Origin: Macrostomum hystrix
Taxonomy: Eukaryota; Animalia; Platyhelminthes
Length of the DNA: 64,000 bases
Direction: 5' to 3'
Assembly (NCBI GenBank): GCA_950097015.1
Contig: CATNEN010000007.1
Span: 3,348,001 to 3,412,000, forward strand
The translations under genes were made by a program, and so were the position numbers. The notes below the pieces were generated by a model, which was not told the origin of the DNA, searched no databases, and saw only the letters and a list, made by a program, of their open reading frames with translations. Of this stretch, positions 38,501-49,700 are shown one piece after another. The first letter of the stretch is position 1, and every line of letters starts with the position of its first letter.

Positions 38501-39300
38501 CATCGTCCGTCTCCGCCGTCGGCGGCCACCGCCAGCCGGCCGCCAGTGAGCACCTCGTGACGCGAACGCAGCTCGAACTCGGCGCCATCGTTGGCATTCT
38601 CAGCGAAGTCGATGTGCAACCAGCCGGAGCAGTCGGCAGAAATGTCGCGAGCGGCCAGGACGCTGTCAACATCCGAGCCGGCTTCTTTGGCGACTACGAG
38701 GCGACACTTGGATAGGCCGAGAGCCGAATCAACGGCCGTCTCGGTTTCGAATCGAATGTGAGCAAATCGACGCCGATTTGGGCGGACCTGCGACACGGGC
38801 CCGCACATTGAGAACAGGTCCATTAGAATGGACTGGGCTCGCAGAGTATCAGTAGACAGTAGCACCGGCAGGCCTCCGCAGAAGATGGTCTTGCAGCCAT
38901 CCGGGCGAGGCCTTAAATTGATCGGAGCGAAGGCGGCGGCGGCGGCTCCGGAAGAGCTAGGAGCCGGGGGCAGCAGAGCCCAGTCGAGGCCCTTTAAAAT
39001 TGTGGCCCCGATGGCCTCGGCGTCGGGCGGCGGAACAAAACGAGACGCTAACTGGCGCGAAAACGGAGGCGGCGGAGGCGGGGGCGGCGGGGGCGGCTGC
39101 TGGAAGGGCGGATACGGCGGCGGCGGGGGCGGATGCTGGAAGGGCGGATACGGAGGTAAGGGCGGAGGTAAGCTTTTAGGAGTCCGCGGCGGCGGCTGCG
39201 CAGGTTCAGTGCCCGGAGGAGGCGGCTGAGAAGTCGACGTCAGAGGCAAAGCCGGGGTGTTGTTGCCGTATGACACACCGCTACGGTCCGATTCGGACAT
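35597..39300 (-). CDS. ENOX1: Ecto-NOX disulfide-thiol exchanger (ENOX1/2 family, RRM protein), 570 aa
   Basis: Exons 39300-38464, 37227-36963, 36791-36685, 36177-35770 and 35692-35597 join in frame (1713 nt). ENOX motifs: PDGCKTIFCGGLP, RFAHIRF, GWLHIDFAE, TAHGHVRRLLQDK, HFSKAQRKN, IGIFLHAHPRGASLAYIQNYL, and the C-terminal KWFFCGF. Confidence 0.92.
36205..36592. repeat. 23-bp minisatellite (tccaagctcaacctcagtcccaa)
   Basis: Tandem copies in an ENOX intron. Confidence 0.97.
38030..38392. repeat. 46-bp tandem repeat, ~8 copies
   Basis: Head-to-tail gagggagttcagagctctatgaaaatctatgagttattattcctct in ENOX intron 1, with no spacers. Confidence 0.97.
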
Positions 39301-40759
39301 GGCCAAAGGGTCTCCTGAAGGACTGTAGCTGAAGCGATAATGAGCAGTCATCTATCATTAGATATGGGATATTCGTACTGCTGACAAAATCCCTAACGTT
39401 TTCATTTCTAGGCCACGATTAGACAATACTAGACCTAAGCAGGGGCGATCAGATAGAGACCGTCTGGATTGAGTCAGAAGCCTAAGGTTGAGCACGGATT
39501 GGGACTGACCTTGGATTGAGATAAAAATGTATGTTAGGATTAAGAGGGGACTGAGACTGAGCGGTTATGGAGACTGAGTGGGGATTAAGACTGAGCGGGG
39601 AATAAGAAAATGCGGGAATGCGGGTATTGAGACCGAGCAGGGATTAAGATTGAGAAGTGATTGAGCTTGAGCTGTGATTGAGACACTGATAGACACTTTG
39701 AAATGAAACCAAGTGAAAGGGTTAGTCACTAGTTCACACTTGCAATGAGATTTACAGTGCACACTTTTTCAGTAGAAAATATTCCAAGAGAAAAACCATA
39801 TCAGTTGCTTAAAGACACACTGTTCGTGTGCCTGCGTCTAAAAAGCGACAAAAACGAATAATATATATTTTTTAATGAACCAGGCGCATATAAAATGGAA
39901 GGAACAAAACACAAAAGATTATAACAAATTTGGTAAAGCTGAAAAATCACTCACGGTCCCTAGTACGTGTAGTTATAATAATTTAATAACTACATCTGTT
40001 TCTAAGAAAAAAACTGTAGCTGAGAGTCATAGAGAAGCATGAATCATAATTTGTTTATTTACCAAAATAAGCACAGCCAGGAGTGGTCTCAGATATGAGT
40101 ACGATAAAAAATCTGGTTTGAAAGTACGCGAAACTGACCTAATAATGTCACTAGCAGGTAAAATATAAGCGAATTATAGCATCTTGAAAACAACACACGA
40201 TTACATAATCACGGATTTCATTAAATAGGATTTTACATTTAAAATAATCTCATTCAAAAACAGTGAAATGGGATGTAGGGAAAATTCTGTTTAAAATCGT
40301 TGCGTAATTTGACTTTTAACTAAATGATAGAACTAATTTCAATTGCAAAAGCAAGCATTCGATTTTTTAAATACAACTTGTATTCTTAGTAAAATGATTC
40401 AAATCATAAAAGTACATTTCATTGCGGGAGTACTTTTACTTAAAAGTGCAAGGCGCGGGTAGAGTACGGATTTGTTTTTCTAAGAAAAAGCTCGAAAAAT
40501 GTGAGAAATATCAATAACAAAGAACACGTAAGATGAAACTAGAAAATCGCCTTGTAAATCAGACCCGGAGGTCTGAGGTTCGAGTGACAGTCCGATGGGA
40601 AAATATCATGAAGCAAGAAGATAATTCCCCATTTGGATTCAGTTTACCCCCTAAGCTCTGCAATGGGCATTACAAGGCGATGAGGACAATGTGATATTCT
40701 ATTCTATTTTACTAACCCAAATAGTTCACCCTTATATGCATATAAGCAGACAAACGGTA

Positions 40760-43700
40760 TTAATAAGCGCTGACCGAGCTGTACCAGTCGGCCTTAGCGG
40801 CATTGGCCGTGGCGGCTGCTGGCAAGGGCCGAGCGGACCTGTTGACAGCGTCGCGAAGCTCCTCCAGCTGGCTGGCTAGGCTGCGGACCAGATCGTTAGT
40901 CAGGCTCAGCTTCTCCTGTAGTTGGCGCAGCTCCGCGCTCTGCTGGTCGGCTCTGCCGCCACCTCCACCGTTGCCGCCGCCGCTGCTTCCGTCAGCTTCA
41001 GCGGCATTCATAGAAGCGGACTCTTCAACCTGACTGTCGGCGCCAAGAGCCATGGTTCGCATTCGCGGGAACCAGTCCAGATTTCTGGCCCGCATCATCT
41101 GGCTGACGTAGGACTCCGGACCGGTGAACTCCGTGGGATCCTTCACCCGGACTAGGATCACAAAGTACAAATAGTGCCACAGATTGTGGTCCCGTTGCAC
41201 GTGCTGCTCGAAGCTAACTTCCCGATTCTCGAACCTGTTCCTATTCAGGCCGCAGATGAAGCAGGTGTTGCGCAGGATCACTTCCTTCTCTTGCTTCTCC
41301 TGGCGCAGATCGGCGAAGGTGTCAATGATGACACCGAAGATTAGGTTCAGCACAATGATGATCACAATGAAGTAGAAGCAGAGGTCGTACAGAACGCGCA
41401 GCAGGAAGCGGCTCTCGGTCATGCTCGGTTTGCGCAACAAATCTCCAATGCCGCCGCCGTTGCGCAGGCCCTCGTTCAGTGTGGTCACAATGCACATGAT
41501 TAGCGAGTCGCAATGCCGCTCTTTGCCTCCGCCTCCATCGGCATCAGCAGGCGGCTTGGCGGCTTCTGCAGTAATCTTACCCGGATTACTCGCTGCTGGG
41601 TCAGCTTCCTCTTCTTTTTGGCCGTCTGTTTTCGTTGCGGAAGAATTGAAATTTGAAGAAGCAGACAGTTTGTTTGCGGTGGCGGCAGTGCCGTTCGGCA
41701 GGTTGGACACATTCAGCGCCAGCTGAAAATGTTTGCCTGGCTCGGCTGTGTCAACAGCGGCAGCCGGTTTGGCGGCTCCGGCCAGGCCCTGGATGAGGTT
41801 GTCGCCGAAGCTCAGCCGATTCAGGCCCTGCAAGGTGGCGGCGGCCAGGGTGAAAGCGGAGGCGGCAGCGGCGGCGGCGGACCCGTCGGCACCGGCGGCT
41901 GCAGCCTCGGATACGCCGGCAGCGGCTCCGAGGGCTGCGCCCGATGACGATGAGACGGCGGCGGCGGCGACCTCGAGGGCGTCCACTTCAACCAGGAAGT
42001 CGTCTTGAAAGAATAGGTAGCCAACTATGGAGAACAGGTAGATAAGAATGACAGCCAGCAGGGCCGTGAGCAGTATAGATTTGCCATTCTTGGTCACGGA
42101 TCGAATGACATTGAGCAGCATCTCCTCTCTATAGACCAGGTCCAGCAGCAGAACGCTGTAGAGAAACGGGTGCAGACAGAGGCCGCCTAGGCAGATCAGC
42201 AGGTAGGCGACGTGATAAAGAAAGTCGCCATCTAGTAATAAATCTTTCAGTGGCCGATTAAATAGGCCTCTATTGCCGCACAGTGAGACTATGAATACCA
42301 GCTTGTTGCCGATGTCTATGCAGCCGAGCAGCTGCAGCACGGGCCCAACGCTAGCGTAGAATATCAGGCGCATAATGACGCACAGAAAGAACGCTTTCAG
42401 GCTAGTCGGCCTAGGCCAGATCAGCAGCACCACCAGGCTGAGGAACACAGTCAGCCAGCTGAGGCCGGAGATGCTGCCGACATTGCTGACACCGCTGCCA
42501 GGGCCGAACGGGTACCAAACAGCAATGAGCAGATTCATCAGCACAATCAGATGGAATGACACGGAGCTCCACAGCTGCATCTGGCAGCTGACGCGGTACA
42601 GCAGTGGCTGACGACGGAGCTTCCGCTGCCAGACCATCTCTTCGTGCAGCTGGTCGATGCGGCTGACGAGGTCCGCTACCTGAGAGAGTTTAATTGTGCG
42701 GGAATTCGGGTCGCGGTTAGTTAGTCTGGATCCTTCCAACGTGAAAAAACAATCGTACTATCCTCATCCTACTCAAAACAAAAAGCGAACCTAGACCCTA
42801 TCCGACTCAAAATAAGAATCGAACCTGGGATCTTACCCAACTCAGAATAAGAATCGAACCTGGGATCCCACCCAACTCAAGATAAGAATCGAACATTAGA
42901 CCCCATGCTACTCAAAATAGGAATCGAACCTTAGACTCCATTCAACTCAAAACGAGAATCGAACCTTGGATCCCATCCTACTCAAAACAAGAATCGAACC
43001 TTAGATCCCTGCTCGTCCCGTTCGGCCGTGTGAAAGACGCGCCACTTTGTATCCTCGGTGAGGTACTCGCAGATTTCAGGAATGGGAAAGACAATCTTCT
43101 CCAGCGACCTGTCGGCTCGCACAATCTCAATCTGGGCCGTATGTCGACTATAATAGTCCAAGGCCTGGTCGGTGAAGCCTTCGCTGCTGCAGCCGACGGC
43201 GCGAAGAAGATCGGCCAGTTCGCGATTGTGGCTGGACAGCTGGTGGGCCAGGATGTAGATGTTGTGGCCGACCTCGCGCGGATTCATGATCTCGTCAGCT
43301 AGGTCGCTGCGCAACTGGATGTCATTAGTGATTCAAAATTTTGACTATGACATCATTCTAAATGTATAACCTGCTGAGAAAGTTTTTTCTTCAGGCACCT
43401 CAGTAATACAATCTTCTATTCCTTCAGGCACCTCAGTAATACAATCTTCTATTCCTTCAGGCACCTCAGTAATACAATCTTCTATTCCTTCAGGCACCTC
43501 AGTAATACAATCGTCTATTCCTTCAGGCACCTCAGTAATACAATCTTCTATTCCTTCAGGCACCTCAGTAATACAATCTTCTATTCCTTCAGGCACCTCA
43601 GTAATACAATCTTCTATTCCTTCAGGCACCTCAGTAATACAATCGTCTATTCCTTCATGCACCTCAGTAATACAATCGTCTATTCCTTCAGGCAGACAGG

Positions 43701-46700
43701 CACCTCAGTATTACAACCATCTATTCCTTCAGGCACCTCAGTATTACAACCATCTATTCCTTCAGGCACCTCAGTATTACAACCATCTGTTGCTTCAGGC
43801 ACCTCAGTATTACAACCATCTGTTGCTTCAGGCACCTCAGTATTACAACCATCTGTTGCTTCAGGCACCTCAGTAGTACAACCATCTATTCCTTCAGGCA
43901 CCTCAGTATTACAACCATCTATTCCTTCAGGCACCTCAGTATTACAACCATCTGTTGCTTCAGGCACCTCAGTATTACAACCATCTGTTGCTTCAGGCAC
44001 CTCAGTAGTACAACCATCTGTTGCTTCAGGCACCTCAGTATTACATCCATCTATTCCATCAGGCACCTCAGTATTACAACCATCTATTCCTTCAGGCACC
44101 TCAGTATTACAACCATCTGTTGCTTCAGGCATCAGGCACCTCAGTATTACAACCATCTGTTCCTTCAGGCACCTCAGTAATACAACCAATCTGTTCCTTC
44201 AGGCACCTCATTGCTATTCTGATCAACACGAATATATAATTTCTGAAAGTGATTCTCTCACATCCTGCTGCTGCTGCTGTGCCTTGCTATCCAGAAACGA
44301 GTCCTCATAATAAGCTGACTTGGCAATGTCAACCAGCTGTTTGACTGGGGCCATTGTGAACATGATTCTCTCCGCTGTTTCGCTGTCATTCCTAGACTCC
44401 ATGACCGCCAGCAGGGTCTTGGAGGCGTTGTTCTTCAACTCCAGCACAAGGTCCATGCGCTGCTCGCTCAGCGGCGAGATGTCGTTGAGAATGAGCGCAA
44501 TGATGATGTCGATGCCGTTGCTCTCGTGAAAGGCGATGCTTGATTGGTTGAGCTGGCAGGGACCCTGGCAGTACTCGGTAAGGCTGATCAGAGCCTGATT
44601 CACTAGGCCCACATTGGACTCATTAATATAGAGGCCCAGTAGGCCTAGGCCGCCAGTAGTGGAGCCACAGATGCAGTCAAGAAACTGCAGGGTCTGGCTG
44701 ACCAGGTTGTAGTTGGTCTTGCCGCCCTGCGAGAGGTTTTTTGTAAATATTTATGTAGGTTAGAGACACGATAGGGTAGGATAGAGACTTGATGATTTAG
44801 GATAGAGACTTGATGATTTTGGATAGAGACTTGATGATTTAGGATAGAGACTTGATGATTTAGGATAGAGACTTGATGATTTTGGATAGAGACTTGATGA
44901 TTTAGGATAGAGACTTGATGATTTAGGATAGAGACTTGATGATTTAGGATAGAGACTTGATGATTTTGGATAGAGACTTGATGATTTAGGATAGAGACTT
45001 GATGATTTTGGATACAGACTTGATGATTTTGGATAGAGACTTGATGATTTAGGATAGAGACTTGATGATTTAGGATAGAGACTTGATGATTTAGGATAGA
45101 GACTTGATGATTTTGGATAGAGACTTGATGATTTAGGATAGAGACTTGATGATTTTGGATACAGACTTGATGATTTAGGATAGAGACTTGATGATTTAGG
45201 ATAGAGACTTGATGATTTTGGATAGAGACTTGATGATTTAGGATAGAGACTTGATGATTTTGGATACAGACTTGATGATTTTGGATAGAGACTTGATGAT
45301 TTAGGATACAGACTTGATGATTTTGGATAGAGACTTGATGATTTAGGATAGACTAGAATATGTAGGGTAGAGACTTGATGATTATTACTAGGGTTCTAGG
45401 ATAGAGACTTAATGATTGATAGTGAAGAATTGATAGGGACATAATATAAACGAAGTTGTTGAACTTATAAAAAACACCTGAAATCGAAAGCGAGACTTGA
45501 AAATTTTAGGCTTAAAAAATCGTAAAAAAGAGCTCCGAGTTCAGTTCGAGAGTCGCATTTGAAACGCACCTGAGTGCGCAGGAAATTCTGCATCTCCAAG
45601 TTGTGATTCTCGCACAGCAGCTGCAGCAGTCTTAGAATCGGCTGCACCATGGCTAGCTCCGGACTGTCGCTATCCTGACCGCTGCCACCGCCGCTAGCCG
45701 ATGCTCCGCCTGCGCCGCCGCCAGTGCCGCGGCCATCTCGTTCGCTGGAGGCTGCAGCAGCGGCGGCCGCCGCGGTGCCACCGGCACCTCCGGCCGCGTC
45801 GCCCGAAGCGGACAGCAGGTCGGACATAGGCGGCTCTCGCTCGTCCTCATTCTTGATTTTGTGCTTGATAAAGTGCATGGCCTTAGACGTAGCCAAAGCG
45901 GCGTCGTCTAGTTCAGTCTTGAACTCCGGGCTCAGCTCCATCAGCAGGCGTTGTCGATGATGCTCGGCGTCCGGATCGTCGGAACCGGCGAAGTAGTTCG
46001 CAGCAGAGCCGTTGGTCAAAGATCGATCATCTGGTTTAGCCGCCTTCGAAGCTTCCCCGGCGGCTGACGTGGCCAAAGTGCTGCTGTTGATGCGCACTGA
46101 AGCCATGGCCTTGCTTAGCAGGTCGTGCAACAACTTCACAAACTTCTCCGAGCGCTCTTCGTCTCTGAGGCGCGCCAGCACGGACGCCTGCACGCCGGTG
46201 TTGCCGCCTTCCAGCAGAGCGATCCCCAATTCAACAGCTTCGAGTAGGATGCGCTGGTTTGGCCGCTTGATGATTATGTCAACAACTAGATTAGAGGCGC
46301 CCTCCTTGTCCAGGAAGGACTGTTAAACAAGAAATGTATCGCATTTTAGACAGAAAGCAGTTCAATGCCATACCGGGTACAAAAACTCAATAATTTACCT
46401 GCACGTCATGAAGCGACATGCTAGCCCGGGACTGAAGCACGCTTCGCTGCTGCTGCTGCTGTTGCTGCTCATTAGAAGAGGCGCCAGGAGAGGCGGGAGT
46501 GGCTGCGGCGGCCATTTCCGTTGGCCAATTAATTCTGTGCACCTCTCGATTAGAGAAGTAGCGGACTAGAAGATTCCAGCGCAGCATCTCGCCCTTCTCA
46601 CTATAATTGGCATTCATCAGCATCATCTCGCGCAGTGTCTGCATCACTTTCACGCACAGATTCTCTTCTTTGTCTTCTAGTAGAGGCTCGGTGTGTTTAA

Positions 46701-49700
46701 TTAGGCGCGATATGAAGCCGCCGCGTTCGCAATTTCTGCGAACCTCTGAGTCAGGAGTGAACAGCAGCTCCGGATTGTGCAGCACATCGACCAAAACTGA
46801 GAACTCCGCCTTCACCAGCGGCTTCAACTGCTCCTCCAGTAGCTGAACAACTGACTGCCATTTGGACACGATCAGTCGGGTGCGGTCCTTGTTAGTCTGT
46901 TCCGCCGAGCGTTGAGCCATGCCAATTGCTGAGCTCTTCTTTCGCGATCTGAGCCAAGTTTGGGCCTGGCGAAATGTCAATGCGTTTGCTTTATATTATC
47001 TGCCTACGAGCTTTATACATTCTAACATGTTCTAGAGATGTGTTCTAGTGATGTGTTCTAGTGATTTGTTCTAGAGATGTGTTCTAGTGATGTGTTCTAG
47101 TGATTTGTTCTAGAGATGTGTTCTAGTGATGTGTTCTAGAGATGTGTTCTAGTGATTTGTTCTAGAGATGTGTTCTAGTGATGTGTTCTATAGATGTGTT
47201 CTAGAGATGTGTTCTAGTGATGTGTTCTAGAGATGTGTTCTATAGATGTGTTCTAGAGATGTGTTCTATAGATGTGTTCTAGAGATGTGTTCTAGAGATG
47301 TGTTCTAGTGATGTGTTCTAGAGATGTGTTCTAGAGATGAGTTCTAGTGATGTGTTCTATAGATGTGTTCTAGAGATGTGTTCCAGTGATGTGTTCTAGA
47401 GATGTGTTCTATAGATGTGTTCTAGAGATGTGTTCTAGTGATGTGTTCTAGAGATGTGTTCTAGAGATGTGTTCTAGAGATGTGTTCTAGTGATGTGTTC
47501 TAGAGATGTGTTCTAGAGATGTGTTCTAGAGATGTGTTCTAGTGATGTGTTCTAGAGATGTGTTCTAGAGATGTGTTCTAGAGATGTGTTCTAGTGATGT
47601 GTTCTATAGATGTGTTCTAGAGATGTGTTCCAGTGATGTGTTCTAGAGATGTGTTCTATAGATGTGTTCTAGAGATGTGTTCTAGAGATGTGTTCTAGTG
47701 ATGTGTTCTAGAGATGTGTTCTAGAGATGTGTTCTAGAGATGTGTTCTAGTGATGTGTTCTAGAGATGTGTTCTAGAGATGTGTTCTAGAGATGTGTTCT
47801 AGTGATGTGTTCTAGTGATGTGTTCTAGAGATGTGTTCTAGAGATGTGTTCTAGTGATGTGTTCTAGAGATGTGTTCTAGAGATGTGTTCTAGAGATGTG
47901 TTCTAGAGATGTGTTTTAGAGATTTGTTCTAGAGATTTGTTCTAGAGATGCGTTCTAGAGATGTGTTTTAGAAATATGTTGCTGAAATGCTCACCTGTTT
48001 GAGCACAGTGTCAGTCTTCTGAACCAGAGCAGACACCAAAGATTCCAAATCCACCGGAATAGCCACAGCCCGATTCTTTGCAATGTCAAACAGAGCCCTG
48101 ATGGCCTTCTCAACTCGACGCTTCTGACCGCCGGAGAGCCAGTCGCACTGGGAGGCCAGCTTGTAGAATGACCAGAGCAGACGGACAAAAGTCTCCTGTT
48201 TGGAGCGCTGCTTCTCAATGGATGAGCTCTGCTCACTGTAAGGCGAATTGAAGAATGTTGTAACCACACTGGTGACTGTCTCAGTTACGTAGTGCTCCAA
48301 AGCTTTGTCGGCGTGAGCTCGATCGTGAGTACTGCTGCAGACCAGGGCCATGTCAACCAGGAAGTTGTCGAATAGAGTCCACATGTGGGCGCTGGTGTAG
48401 ATCTCTTTCATCTCAATCTCCGTGTCGATGTAGCAGTGATTCAGAAAGTGCACGTAGGCGTCCTTCACCTGGCGCGGTTGGGGAGGAGAATGATGGCGAA
48501 AATATCGCTGTGGTACTGCGGGGAATCACTTTATCGAATCTGCCTTATCCCCTGTCTCCCTGTTGGATTGTGCTATGTCGACCAGTCTCCGTGCCACCCG
48601 CCAATCCGGTTCCTCCCGCGTTTGGTGGTCAAACTGAATTGGTGGGCTGTGGGCAATGGCACATCATTTGGTGACACTAAGACCTGCAGACAACGAGGAG
48701 GCAATTCTGTATGTTTCGCTGACTCCTGAGCACACACGCACACAGATACTGTACGCTGGCACAGGGTGTGTATAACTGCCCCAACTTTCTCATCGTCAGG
48801 CAGTGTACACTCTTACTGTGCCTTGGAGCTTGGCACTCAAGGGCGTGAATTGCACGAAAAGCCCCCCAAGCCTTCTCAAATGAATGAATGTGGCCTCGCC
48901 GTGGAATCGAGCTCGGGGACATTGGTGCGAGATGCAACCCCCGTATAAAACGGAATGGTCACAAAAAGGGGCTGTGACCGTTGTTGTGACTGTCATGGTC
49001 ACATGTTACCGTTAGTGACCACGTTTTGTGACCGCCATGGTCTCATGTTACCACTTGGTGTCCATAAAATTTGACCATTTGTCCGGGTCACCATGTGACC
49101 GTTCACTGTGACCGTATTTTGTGACCGTTATGTTCAGGGTCACCATGTGACCGTTCACTGTGACCATATTTTGTGACCGTTATGTTCAGGGTCACCATGT
49201 GACCGTTCACTGTGACCGTATTTTGTGACCGTTATGTTCAGGGTCACCATGTGACCGTTCACTGTGACCATATTTTGTGACCGTTATGTTCAGGGTCACC
49301 ATGTGACCGTTCACTGTGACCGTATTTTGTGACCGTTATGTTCAGGGTCACCATGTGACCGTTCACTGTGACCGTATTTTGTGACAATACCTTCTACTTG
49401 CTCCCAGCTTGTCCTTTAAATATTAGACTTTAAATAGGACTCAATAAACTGCCACGACTTCTTTATTTCGGAATGTGGCGTTACGCACATGTTTGTTGTC
49501 AGCATTGCATGAATTTATTCTGAAAAGACCGAGAAATTTTAGATAGTACACGATTTTAGGTACAGCACACATTTTGTTTGAATTCAGTATATAGTGAGAA
49601 GTAGCAATAAGTTTTATTTCCATCATTTTCAGCTCATTTATAGATCATGGACGAAGAATTGGTGCCGGCGGCTGAGCTACGCAGCGCCGTGATGAATCGT

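Noticed and set aside
1735-47970. Many other repetitive ORFs in the track (e.g. 1735-2421, 4621-5217, 11134-11517, 12715-13494, 15602-16450, 31562-32702, 36033-36657, 43345-44310)
   Set aside because: All coincide with minisatellites; their peptide periodicity simply mirrors the DNA unit.
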